This document shows positions 11,474-21,241 of a stretch of DNA of 64,000 bases, piece after piece (position 1 is the first letter of the stretch; each line of letters begins with the position of its first letter). Location of the stretch: the NCBI GenBank assembly GCA_963707985.1, contig CAVPRW010000017.1, positions 64,001 to 128,000 on the forward strand, given 5' to 3'. The notes beneath the pieces are model-generated. The model had not been told where the DNA came from, did no database searches, and saw only the letters and a list, made by a program, of their open reading frames with translations. The stretch is from an uncultured Nitrospinota bacterium (GTDB lineage Bacteria; Tectomicrobia; Entotheonellia; J063; CAVPRW01). Both the position numbers and the translations under genes were made by a program.

Positions 11474-11854
11474 CTACTTCGCCCCCGGGGGTGAGACAGG
11501 CCCCCAGCCCATTCCCTGTTCTGGCGATCCTACAGGACGCGCCTGAGCGCTCTGACCGGAGGCTCCCGTGGTCGGCTGCATCACGTCTGAGGCCCTTTTC
11601 ATCATCTTGCTTGGATCGAGGGTATCAAGCGTCAGCATGCCGAATGTCATATCCACGACGTTTCTTTGCAGTTGGTCCCCAGCCTTGAAAGCCCCCTTGA
11701 GCACGTCGCTGAGCTGTGCTTCGGTCGCCCGTGTCACAGCGTTGAATGCCCCCGTTGCCTTCTCTGGCGTCATAGAGTTGATAAGCTGTGTGACGCCAAA
11801 CAGCGACATTCCCCACGAGAAACTGAGCATGGACTTGGTTAAATCGCGGATCAT
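11474..11854 (-). CDS. Small protein made almost entirely of the shared N-terminal domain
   Basis: 126 aa, MIRDLTKSMLSFSWGMSLFG...; AAGGAGGT RBS. Confidence 0.85.
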   Translation of the reverse strand: MIRDLTKSMLSFSWGMSLFGVTQLINSMTPEKATGAFNAVTRATEAQLSDVLKGAFKAGDQLQRNVVDMTFGMLTLDTLDPSKMMKRASDVMQPTTGASGQSAQARPVGSPEQGMGWGPVSPPGAK

Positions 11855-11866
11855 GTCTGCACCTCC

Positions 11867-13529
11867 TTAAATGAGCCGACGTATCCTTTGCAGAAGCATG
11901 GTAGCGGCGGCTGCCATCAGTAACACTTCCGCGGTAAATATGTTCACACCGAATTGCGCAGCTTCCCCAGTCACTGCCATCAGCGCTGATAGTGCGAATA
12001 TCACCGCTGCCATCTGGACTGCTCCGCGCCGCGTCGCGTCGCGAGCGTGGCCTGCTGTGCTTGATGCAGAGTAATTGCTTCCTTCGCCAGTCGTGACGCG
12101 CTGAAGAAAGGTGGCAGCCCGTAAGGCACCGTCGCGAATCAGGTGCCCACTGGAGCTAGACCAATCCACGAGGGTGTCAAAGGCGAAAAGCTCTTGTCGT
12201 ACTTGCCCCCTGAGATAACGATCGCAGATCGTTTCGAGGTACCTGCCGACATCGAATGTTGGCGCAAAGCGTGTGATGAGGCCATCGATGGCGACAGTTG
12301 AACGGATGTATTTGATGACATCGCGCTCGGGCCAGATTCCCGTCTGTCGTGACAGTGTCAGCAGATCGAGCATCACCAGCGTGATATTCTTGCGCAGGTG
12401 TCTGACCTTCCCTTGCACCATGTACCATTCACCTGCCAGCATGCCCAATCCGTTGCGAAATCCTTCCGCATCCGAATTCGTGTCTCTCGATGAGACTTTG
12501 AAAAATGCGCCGCACATGCCATCGAGGTCCCCCCGCGCGTATGCCAGTGTGAGCGCCACTAGGTGACGACGTAGGTATGGACTGAGCACGCCGGTGATAC
12601 CAAAGTCGATGTAACCGACCGTGTTATCTCTGCAGATCATGAGATTGGCCGGATGCAGATCGGCATGAAACATCCCATGCCGAAATGCATCGGCGAGGAA
12701 ATTTTCAATGATGTTGCAGGCGAATTGATGTGGGGCGAAACCCATGGTATTCAGCTTGTGCTGCAGTACCTCATCACCGGCGGCTAAAGCACGGAGATAG
12801 TCGAGAACGGTCACCCCTTCCAGAAACTCAAGGGTGAGAACACAGTGCGTCGTATAGTTCCAAAACACGGCCGGTACGAGCTCTTTGGCGTTATCGCCGG
12901 CATGGCGGCGGGTATGTTCCATATAGCGGGCTTCACTGCGGTAATCGAGCTCCTCTCGCGTCCAGGCGACGAACTCACGCATCGGCTCGAGCATCCAGTA
13001 GAGCGGCTTCACATGCAGAGCCGTGATGAGATGCATAGCGATCGTCATCAGCCGGATGTCACCGGCGAAGTCTGTCTTGACGCTCGGTCGCTGCACCTTC
13101 ACCGCCACCTTCTGCCCACTTAGATAGGCAATGTAGACTTGGCCGATGGAGGCTGTGGCAATCGGCTCTGGGTCAAAATGATCAAAGATTTCTGAGGGCC
13201 TTTTGCCGAATTCATCGGCGAAGATCCTCTCAACCTGCTCGAACTCGAAGGGTTTGATGCGGTCAAGCAGGTTGAACAGCGCATTACAATAGGCAAGTGG
13301 CAGGATGTCCGGCTGCAGGGCGAGCATCTGGCCAAATTTAATGAAGGTACCGCCCAGGTCCTCGAACAGCGTTCGCAACCGTTCTGGCCCCGAAAGCGAG
13401 CTTTGTGGCAGGTAGTTGCGCCAGCCATGGCCAGCGTTCAGTGAGCGCACCCACCACATACGCCAACAGATGTCTGACCAGCACCGCAGCAATGTGCCCC
13501 AGTCGGCGGAGATTGGACCACCAGGTCAT
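11867..13529 (-). CDS. ABC1/AarF/UbiB-family protein kinase-like (frameshift near 13410)
   Basis: LGGTFIKFGQ, ATASIGQVY, VAVKVQRP, FHADLHPAN and IDFG are all intact; the N-terminus lies in ORF 13338..13529. Confidence 0.9.
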
Positions 13530-15250
13530 CAGGCTGTCTCACCATGAAAGATCGAGCCAAAGAAGATGGATTTGCGGCGCTTGAGCATCCCGTCGATCGC
13601 CTCTTGCATCCGGTGTTGCACGTCCTGACTGATGGCGCGCACGACGGCGGGGTCGCGTGCTGCCTCAGGTGGATACTGCTGTTCAATATGCAGTGGCGGC
13701 AAAAACTGTGTGTGCCATTTCGTCGGCAGTGGCAACGGCAGCAGCGGAAACGTCGGCGTGATTGGGATGAAGGGCCACAAGGTATACTGCTTCCACCAAC
13801 GCCAGTCAATTCTCCCGAAAATCGGGAAAATCTCCGCGCTGCCGACCGTGACAAAGGGGACGATAGGTGCAGAATTGCGCAGGGCTGCCTTGACATATTC
13901 ATCTCTGCCAAACTTCCCCAGGCGATAGGCCTCGCGATAAAACCTGAAGGCGCCCTCGATGCCTTCGGGGAAGATGACTAACAACTCATCGCGCTGCAGG
14001 ACATAATCCGCGTTCTCACGACTGACCTTGATCCCGCCTAGCTTGGCAAAATCGAACGGCACAGGGATTTTGAACAGGGTCGGATGAATCAAGAAGCGCG
14101 GATAACGGCCAACCTCCCGGGCAATCACATGGAAATCCATCACTCCATCAAAAGGCATGAATCCGCGGTGAATTCCAGTCAATACTGCACGCCCCGCACG
14201 TGGCACGTGTTCGATCCCCTGGACCTCAATACGCCAGTAGTAGTCATGCAGGAATTTGAACACAGTTCGCATACACCTCTCGATGTAGCGCACGTCCATT
14301 CCGAAGTCATCGAAGCTGGCAAGAGCCGTCGTCTGGTTCCAAGTTCGCCGCTTTCGATCATCGGGCGGGTTCGCCTCCGAGGTCAGAAGATCCAGCAGCG
14401 CTTCAGCACTGGAGCGTTCGGGTACGAATCCCAATTCATGCTTGATTTTCTTGTTGGAAATGGTCCATGAATAGCGGATGTACTCAGTCTGATCGATGCC
14501 ATGGGCCGCACCAAGCGCAGAAAGCACCCGGCGGGATAAGCGCTGCACCCCGCGGGCGATAGGCACCCGCGTCGAGCCGGCCATGCGCAGCGCCACACGC
14601 AGCGGGATCACTCCATCGGGCGCCACGTTGTACACCCCGGCGGCGTTGCTCTCAACGACGCAACACACCGCATGCGCGAGGTCGTCGGGGTGCAACAACT
14701 GCACAGATGGATCGTGCAGGGGGAGGGTGATCTTCAATCCCCCACGCAATAACTGGCTGAAGTAATCCATACCGCCGCGCAGCGGCACCGAGGCAGGCCG
14801 TAAAATTGTCAACTGGGTATGTGAATCTCTACTCAGATACTGCGTGGCAAGCGCCTCAAGTGCCATCCACCGCTCGCTCATCCGGTTCTGCCCATGGTAT
14901 GAGGCGAATTGTGACTCAGCGATGAATCCCGGGTTGCGCGGACTGGCACCGTATATCGCTGCACTCGACAACAGGACAACCTTGGCGATGCTGACGCGGG
15001 CGCATTCCGCAAAGACCGTTTCCGCCTCTACCAGGTCAGGCGTCGTGTCGTATGAGCTGCACAGCCGAGGACAATATACCACAAAATCGATATCATGTAT
15101 GACCAACAGATTAGCGTGGCTACCATTCAGACTTGGGGCCCGCTGACAGGCATCGACGACCGGGCTCTTGCTCAGTCTGTTCGCCAGGTAGTGCAAGAGA
15201 TTGCCGCTCGTATCGATGACCATCACTCTCGCCATGACGGTTCTCCGCAT
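13529..15250 (-). CDS. Degenerate NAD-dependent epimerase (SDR) domain fused to a PlsC/TMEM68-type acyltransferase
   Basis: N-terminal LLSSAAIYG and LHPDDLA; C-terminal FDDFGMD, HRGFMPFD, FPEG and PIVP. Confidence 0.85.
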   Translation of the reverse strand: MRRTVMARVMVIDTSGNLLHYLANRLSKSPVVDACQRAPSLNGSHANLLVIHDIDFVVYCPRLCSSYDTTPDLVEAETVFAECARVSIAKVVLLSSAAIYGASPRNPGFIAESQFASYHGQNRMSERWMALEALATQYLSRDSHTQLTILRPASVPLRGGMDYFSQLLRGGLKITLPLHDPSVQLLHPDDLAHAVCCVVESNAAGVYNVAPDGVIPLRVALRMAGSTRVPIARGVQRLSRRVLSALGAAHGIDQTEYIRYSWTISNKKIKHELGFVPERSSAEALLDLLTSEANPPDDRKRRTWNQTTALASFDDFGMDVRYIERCMRTVFKFLHDYYWRIEVQGIEHVPRAGRAVLTGIHRGFMPFDGVMDFHVIAREVGRYPRFLIHPTLFKIPVPFDFAKLGGIKVSRENADYVLQRDELLVIFPEGIEGAFRFYREAYRLGKFGRDEYVKAALRNSAPIVPFVTVGSAEIFPIFGRIDWRWWKQYTLWPFIPITPTFPLLPLPLPTKWHTQFLPPLHIEQQYPPEAARDPAVVRAISQDVQHRMQEAIDGMLKRRKSIFFGSIFHGETA

Positions 15251-15316
15251 TACGGAGGAACAAGACCGCGCTGATGCAGCACCTCTGCTCTCAGGGGGAT
15301 AACGAGCACTGGGCTT

Positions 15317-15350
15317 CCCTCACCCCAACCCTCTCCCAGTGGGAGAGGGG
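15317..15350. repeat. REP-like palindrome overlapping the oxidoreductase stop codon
   Basis: CCCTCACCCCAACCCTCTCCCAGTGGGAGAGGGG with a CCCTCTCCC/GGGAGAGGG stem. Confidence 0.65.
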
Positions 15351-16858
15351 GCACTGGTGTTGCGGGAGCCGTTGGCGGTGCCGTTAGTGATCATCTTGGC
15401 GACTTTTATCGCCGACATGATCACGGGCGTGATCCCGCCTCCGGGCTGTACCCAATGGCCCACGAAGTGCAGATTCTTGATTGACCCGACAACATCGATA
15501 CGGTGAGAGCCGAGTTGATCGGGCGACATCTCCCACCCCAGCATCGCCCCGTGATGATTGAGCGTATAGCGGTACGAGGTCAGGGCTGAGGCGCTACATT
15601 TGACCACCACCTTAGCGGCGAAACCGGGGATCAGCCGTTCGAGGTTGTCCATGATGTATTGCTCGACCGCCGCCTTATGTGCGGCCCAGTCCTCTATGGT
15701 GCGGTAGTCGATGTCCAGGACTTTTTGGATGATCATGATATGGTTGCCATCGCGCGCCAACGCCGGCTCGTGCAGAGTTGGGACGAAAATTTTAAATTTG
15801 AGACCGTTGCGCCCAACCTCGTCTGTGTCCCACGAGTTCCAGTAGTAGCCATGGACCTCACGTAACACCTCGGTGGACATCTCCTGGAGCCCGATGTGTG
15901 TCAGAAAACAGGGGTAAGTCGGTCGCAGCTTGCGGATGGCGACGAGATCATCGGTTGCCAGGTGTTCGGGGCCCACCATGCGCTCAAGGGTCCGCAGTAA
16001 ATCGCCATTCGACACCACCTCATGAGCATGCACTCGTACCACGTGGCGATCGCGCCCCCATCCGGTTTCGACCTCGACTCCGTAGGCGGTCTGCTGCTTC
16101 ACGAGAATACGGGTGACGAGCGATTGCAGCAGGATCTGCCCGCCTTTCTCCTCGAAGCGTTGTGCTAGCTCGTCCGCAAAGGCCTGCGAGCCGCCACGCG
16201 GGTAGTAATTCCCGAGGAAGTAGGACAGCCTCAGCATCGAGTCGAACACGAACGAGGTCCGTGATGGTGGCGAGCCCCAGTGTGGGCAATCAGCCGTAAG
16301 CAAGAGCTTGAGCTTCGGATCACGAAAACACTGCTCGAGCATCTGCCGCACGGTCAAGCTTCGATACTTCTCCAGCTGGCTGGTGGCGCGTCCACGAAAG
16401 TAATAGAGAAGTCCGAACATGTAGGCGTCACGCACCGCCGCGAAGAAGTCATCCAGGGCGCGGGCTTCGGTGGGGAATTCGCTCTTGAGTTGCGCCATGT
16501 AGCGATCGAAGTCCGCTGGCACAGCGAACTTCGACCCATCGGGGAAATGAAATTGATCGACGGGATCCATTTTGACCCAGCCAGTGGTGAGGCCCAGGTC
16601 AACCAGGAGCTTGCCGGTCATGGTGTCCGGATTGCCGAGCAGGGGGTAGAAGTGCGTGGCCGCGTCAAAGGTATAGCCTTTGCGCCGGAACATACTGCAA
16701 TAGCCGCCGACCGCATAATGTTGTTCGATCAGGAGGACGCGCAACCCACTGCGTGCGATGAGGTTGGCGCAGATCAACCCGCCGATGCCAGCACCAATGA
16801 CTACCACATCGTAGGTGCTCTGTGGGTCGCTCCGTAAGGGTTTGAACGGTCTTGGCAT
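15320..16858 (-). CDS. Phytoene desaturase (CrtI)/retinol saturase-like FAD oxidoreductase
   Basis: DVVVIGAGIGG Rossmann motif, GGYCSMFRRKGYTFD, YPRGGSQ and NLHFVGHWVQPGGG; start set at ATG 16858 just after the HMGR stop. Confidence 0.88.
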   Translation of the reverse strand: MPRPFKPLRSDPQSTYDVVVIGAGIGGLICANLIARSGLRVLLIEQHYAVGGYCSMFRRKGYTFDAATHFYPLLGNPDTMTGKLLVDLGLTTGWVKMDPVDQFHFPDGSKFAVPADFDRYMAQLKSEFPTEARALDDFFAAVRDAYMFGLLYYFRGRATSQLEKYRSLTVRQMLEQCFRDPKLKLLLTADCPHWGSPPSRTSFVFDSMLRLSYFLGNYYPRGGSQAFADELAQRFEEKGGQILLQSLVTRILVKQQTAYGVEVETGWGRDRHVVRVHAHEVVSNGDLLRTLERMVGPEHLATDDLVAIRKLRPTYPCFLTHIGLQEMSTEVLREVHGYYWNSWDTDEVGRNGLKFKIFVPTLHEPALARDGNHIMIIQKVLDIDYRTIEDWAAHKAAVEQYIMDNLERLIPGFAAKVVVKCSASALTSYRYTLNHHGAMLGWEMSPDQLGSHRIDVVGSIKNLHFVGHWVQPGGGITPVIMSAIKVAKMITNGTANGSRNTSAPSPTGRGLG

Positions 16859-16865
16859 GCCGCTG

Positions 16866-18086
16866 TCACTCGATGTGGGGCCGGTTTCTGCCGTAGGTTT
16901 CGTGCGCGTCGACGAACTCACCACTGGCGATGGCGGCGCCCATCGAAATCTCCCCAGCCAGAAGCGTCGCCGCAACAATCTCGGCAAACTTGGCGGCGTG
17001 CCCGCTGCCAGCACAACCAAGCATGCCCAGACACTCACGACTCGTCCCCAGTCCGGTGCCACCGCCCACCGTTGCCACCGTGAGAGAAGGCAGGGTGACG
17101 CTGGCATAGAGATCGCCGCCAGCCGTGGTCTCGAAGTTGGTAATGCCAGTGGCGGCGTTCACGACATTGGCCACATCCTGACCGCAGGCAATGAACATGG
17201 CGGTGAGCCCGTTGGCATAGTGGGCGTTGTAGCCGACGGCATTCGCCTGCACATGGCCCAGCATGGTGTGGTGCCACATATCAAAGAGCTGCTCCGGAGT
17301 GGTGTGGAGGTAGGCTTTCACAATGCGCGCCGGCACCAGGGCGCCGGCGGTCACTTTCTTGCCTTTGCCTCCGGAGAACAACACACCACTGGCGCGCTTT
17401 TCCGAGCTCAGACCGCTGAAGATGTAGAAGTGCCTAGCACGACTTTGGCGCATGATCCACTGGCAGGCCTGCTCGGTCGCCTTGACGATCATGTTCATGC
17501 CCTGCGCGTCGGCGGTGTAATAACAGAAATTCACCATTACTTCGCGACCGACCGGGTGGCATTCGAGACGTAGCAATTTGCCGTGGCGTGTCGTCGATTC
17601 AGCTTCAGACCGGATCGTCTCGAAGTCCGCCTGGAGATGCTGCACGAAGTCATGGGCGTCGCCAATATCGTCGAAAAAAAACACGGGCGAGATGCGATTC
17701 TCGTCCATATACAAACGCGTCACAACCCCGCCAGCTCGGCTCAAGGTGACCATGCCGCGTTCATACGAGCGCACCAAGGCCCCCTCCGTCGTCGCCAATG
17801 GCACATAGAAACATCCGCGAGCGTGAGTGCCATGGATTAGCAACGGCCCGGCGACACCCAAGGGGATTTGCGCGGTGCCGATAGGATTTTCGATGTTGCC
17901 GCGCATGTCTTCACTCGCAAGCGAGTAGGCGCTGACATGGGTGAGACGGCATGCGGTCTTGGCTTCGAGCCACTGGCGGCGACGGTCAACGTCAGACGAC
18001 GTGTACCCTTGCGCTTTCATTCGGGGCACCAGGTCGAGAGGTCCTGATTCATCAACCGCCGCAGACAAGGTTGACATAGGTATCAC
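16866..18086 (-). CDS. hmgA: Class I HMG-CoA reductase homolog
   Basis: ENPIG, PLATTEGALV, DAQGMNM, GQDVAN, TVGGGT and a C-terminal His (DAHETYG). Confidence 0.9.
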   Translation of the reverse strand: MIPMSTLSAAVDESGPLDLVPRMKAQGYTSSDVDRRRQWLEAKTACRLTHVSAYSLASEDMRGNIENPIGTAQIPLGVAGPLLIHGTHARGCFYVPLATTEGALVRSYERGMVTLSRAGGVVTRLYMDENRISPVFFFDDIGDAHDFVQHLQADFETIRSEAESTTRHGKLLRLECHPVGREVMVNFCYYTADAQGMNMIVKATEQACQWIMRQSRARHFYIFSGLSSEKRASGVLFSGGKGKKVTAGALVPARIVKAYLHTTPEQLFDMWHHTMLGHVQANAVGYNAHYANGLTAMFIACGQDVANVVNAATGITNFETTAGGDLYASVTLPSLTVATVGGGTGLGTSRECLGMLGCAGSGHAAKFAEIVAATLLAGEISMGAAIASGEFVDAHETYGRNRPHIE

Positions 18087-18095
18087 CAGGGTTCC

Positions 18096-19346
18096 TTAGC
18101 GATCATCACATCGCGCCACAACGAGGGCACAACAGTTTCCATCGAGGCCGACCGAGTTGATAAGGCCGCAGCGCAGGTCGAGTTGCTGATTATGAGGGCT
18201 CGCCATGGTCAGCGGAAAATCGGGATCGAGGTATTCCAAGTGCCGAATGCCAGGCAGCACACCCTCGCGCATGGCCGCCAGGAGCGCCACGGTCTGCATG
18301 GCTCCAGAGGCGCCCAGTGTCTCACCAAGCATGGATTTGATGGCCGTCACCGGCAGGCTCGCGGACTGCCCATCGAGGACTGCCGCCACAGCTTGAGCTT
18401 CGTTACGGTCCCCCAGTACGCTGCCGTTGGCCGAAGCGCTGAGGCAATCGATATCATCGCCGCGCATCTGGGCGTCTTGCAAGGCCAGCCGTATTGCCCG
18501 TGAGATCGCCTCGACGGCTTGCACGCCTTTAGTGCCCCGGGAGACGTCGTAGGCCGTGGCATGCCCTTTGATCTCACCCCACACCGTGGCTCCACGAGCA
18601 GCGGCAGCATCAGCGTCTTCGAGCATCAGTAGGGCGGCTCCCTCCCCCAAGGCAAAGCCATTGCGTCTGGCATCGAATGGAATAGGCCATTCGCCGGCAC
18701 CATTGTCTGCCGCGCACAACCAGCCAGCCCGAGCAAAGCCATGGAACGACTCGAAGCACAATTCTTCAGCGCCTCCGGTCAGGATTGCCGTCTCTTGACC
18801 GCTGCGGATCAGCTCGGTCGCATAGGCGATGGCTTGTAACCCAGAGGTGATACCACCAGCGATCGTCGAATTCACACCGCGCAGATCGTGCCAGATAGCG
18901 ACCTGTCCGGCTGCGGCGTTAATCACCGTATTGGCGAAGTCCATCGGGCTGACGTTTTTCGGTCCTAAGACAAGGCCACGACGGTCGAACTCCGAGATCG
19001 TATGCACGCTACAGAACATCGTCCCAAGTACCACTCCGACCTCGCTACGACGACGCAACTCTACCGACCAGCCACTGTCGTCCAGGGCCAAGGTTGCTGC
19101 CGCAGTAACCAGCCGCGAGGTGCGGTCCAGTGCTCGCAAATTGCGCTCCCCCAGGTAGGTCTCTGGGGCGAAGGAGCGGATTTCTCCTGCCTGATGGCAA
19201 ACCAGTCCATCGGTGCTAAACGACTCGACAGGGTTCAAACCGCTGCGGCCTGCACACAGTGCGGTGGACAACGCCGCCGACGAATCACCTAGAGAAGAAA
19301 GCACACCGACGCCGGTAATCACCACCCTGCGGTCCATAGGCGTCAC
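18096..19346 (-). CDS. Inactive ketosynthase / chain-length-factor-like subunit
   Basis: KS fold with the active-site TAC replaced by GGI, HGTGT by SANGS, KSMLGH by KSMLGE and FGG by LDG. Confidence 0.85.
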   Translation of the reverse strand: MTPMDRRVVITGVGVLSSLGDSSAALSTALCAGRSGLNPVESFSTDGLVCHQAGEIRSFAPETYLGERNLRALDRTSRLVTAAATLALDDSGWSVELRRRSEVGVVLGTMFCSVHTISEFDRRGLVLGPKNVSPMDFANTVINAAAGQVAIWHDLRGVNSTIAGGITSGLQAIAYATELIRSGQETAILTGGAEELCFESFHGFARAGWLCAADNGAGEWPIPFDARRNGFALGEGAALLMLEDADAAAARGATVWGEIKGHATAYDVSRGTKGVQAVEAISRAIRLALQDAQMRGDDIDCLSASANGSVLGDRNEAQAVAAVLDGQSASLPVTAIKSMLGETLGASGAMQTVALLAAMREGVLPGIRHLEYLDPDFPLTMASPHNQQLDLRCGLINSVGLDGNCCALVVARCDDR

Positions 19347-20563
19347 GCCTCACATTTCTTCAGGATCAACGACGAGTTGTTGCCGCCGAAGGCGTAGGCA
19401 TTGTTCATCGCCACACGCACCTGGTGTTTGCGGGCCGCATTCGGGACATAATCAAGGTCGCAGATGGGGTCCTGTTCTTCGAGGTGCATGGTCGGTGGAA
19501 TGCAATCGTGGCAGATGGCGAGGGCACACACCGCCGCTTCGATGGCGGACGCCGCTCCCATGGTATGGCCGAGCATAGATTTGATGGAGCTGATCGGGAT
19601 GCGATAGGCGTCGTCCTTGAAGACGCGTTTGACTGCGATGGTTTCGCATTGGTCATTGGTTGGCGTGCCGGTGCCATGGGCGCTGATATAGCTGACCTCG
19701 TGCGGTTGTATGCCACCATGCTGGAGAGCTTTCTGCATCGCCCGCGCCGCCCCATCACCCTGTGGGTGTGCGGCGGTCATGTGGTGTGCATCGCAGGATA
19801 AGCCATAGCCGGCGACCTCGGCGTAGATATGGGCTCCACGCTTGAGGGCCCGAGACAGTGGCTCAAGTACCAGTATGGCTGCGCCCTCACCCGGGATCAT
19901 GCCCTTGCGATGACGATCGAACGGCTGGCAGACTTGGGGGGCAATGGCTCCGAGCCGAGCAAACCCCGCGTAGGTGATCCGTGAAAAGGCGTCGGCGCCC
20001 CCCGCCAACATCACGTCTGCTCGGCCCGAGGACAGTAATTCAAAGGCATGTGCAATGGCGTAGTTGCCGGCCGCACACGCGGTCGGAATCGTCATGGCGA
20101 CCCCGGCCAAACCGAGCTCCGTCGCGATATGCGCCGCAATGACATGGCAGGGATATAACGCCATGAACTCCGGCCCGCTGCGCTCCAACGCGGCGTTCAC
20201 GAAGTAATCATCGAAGCGCTCGACCTCCCTGGGCTCGCCTGATGTCGTTCCCATCGACACACCAGCCCGTTCCGGCTCTATCGTCTGTATATCCAGATGG
20301 GCATCCGCAATGGCGAGGCGGGCTGCAGCAGTGCCAAACTGTGACGCGCGACCCATCGAGGCGGGATCAAGGTGCATGAGATAATCTGCGGCATGGAAGG
20401 CTTTGATCTCGGCTCCGCGGTTGACTTTGTAGACACTGGTATCGAACGACTCGACCAAGCTGAAGCCCGAACGGCCCGCCAACAGAGCGTCCCAGAACGG
20501 ACCACATCCCGTGCCGATAGAGGTAACCAGGCCTAGGCCCGTGACCACGACGCGCCGCTGCAT
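19343..20563 (-). CDS. fabF: Beta-ketoacyl-ACP synthase (FabF/KS-alpha type)
   Basis: TACAAG, HGTGT, KSMLGH and NAYAFGGNN all intact. Confidence 0.92.
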   Translation of the reverse strand: MQRRVVVTGLGLVTSIGTGCGPFWDALLAGRSGFSLVESFDTSVYKVNRGAEIKAFHAADYLMHLDPASMGRASQFGTAAARLAIADAHLDIQTIEPERAGVSMGTTSGEPREVERFDDYFVNAALERSGPEFMALYPCHVIAAHIATELGLAGVAMTIPTACAAGNYAIAHAFELLSSGRADVMLAGGADAFSRITYAGFARLGAIAPQVCQPFDRHRKGMIPGEGAAILVLEPLSRALKRGAHIYAEVAGYGLSCDAHHMTAAHPQGDGAARAMQKALQHGGIQPHEVSYISAHGTGTPTNDQCETIAVKRVFKDDAYRIPISSIKSMLGHTMGAASAIEAAVCALAICHDCIPPTMHLEEQDPICDLDYVPNAARKHQVRVAMNNAYAFGGNNSSLILKKCEA

Positions 20564-20575
20564 CTTGCCCTCACC

Positions 20576-20827
20576 TCATACCTTCGCCAGTAACCCTTGC
20601 TGCACTAGCGCGACGGCATCCTGTACCGTCCGAAGCTGCATGAGCTGTTCCTCGGGGATATCAAGCGCAAACTGCAGCCCAATGTCGACCGAGATCTCAA
20701 GGAGCACGAGGGAATCCAAGCCGAGGTCTTCCTTAAATGAGGCTGAGTCCCCGATGTCTGCCAGGTCGATATCGCTGACACTCGCAACGACTTTCTTGAT
20801 GCTGTCTCTGATCTCTGCTTCCGTCAT
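20576..20827 (-). CDS. acpP: Acyl carrier protein
   Basis: Acidic 83 aa protein with DLGLDSL phosphopantetheine site; GGAGG RBS. Confidence 0.93.
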   Translation of the reverse strand: MTEAEIRDSIKKVVASVSDIDLADIGDSASFKEDLGLDSLVLLEISVDIGLQFALDIPEEQLMQLRTVQDAVALVQQGLLAKV

Positions 20828-20848
20828 GGCTTCCCTCCATCGGCGGCT

Positions 20849-21241
20849 TCAGCATGAATGTTCTTGTGTGGTATAGGCTATAAGGTCCTGGATCGCATGA
20901 CGAAGAGCACTCAGGACATTTGCCTCCGACGGCTCAGCGATCTCCATGCGCCCCAGGCATAGCTGCTCGATAAAGGCAGCGTTACCTTGCGATGCCAGGG
21001 CGAGGATAGTCACCTCGGGACATTCGGCGAGTAAATGGCTGCCCAGCCCCAATGCCACAGCGTCTTCCAGGGCGACGATGATCACGTCGGCCGCCGTCTC
21101 CTGCGCGGTGCGGACCACAGCCGACAGGTCGAGGACCTCCCCCACAATTTCCATGTCAACCTGACGCCCAATGAATTGCCTCATCACCTCCCGCATAATC
21201 CTAGGACGACCGTTAGTTAAGAGGATTCTAATCTTCTTCAT
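20849..21241 (-). CDS. Stand-alone receiver-like domain protein (atypical)
   Basis: DMEIVGE...ADVIIVALED...PEVTILAL resembles a NarL receiver; the phospho-Asp position is Ala. Confidence 0.7.
   Translation of the reverse strand: MKKIRILLTNGRPRIMREVMRQFIGRQVDMEIVGEVLDLSAVVRTAQETAADVIIVALEDAVALGLGSHLLAECPEVTILALASQGNAAFIEQLCLGRMEIAEPSEANVLSALRHAIQDLIAYTTQEHSC

Noticed and set aside
15320..18086. Carotenoid or mevalonate pathway assignment for the CrtI-like and HMGR genes
   Set aside because: No phytoene synthase, prenyltransferase or other mevalonate genes in the window; the context is acyl-ACP chemistry
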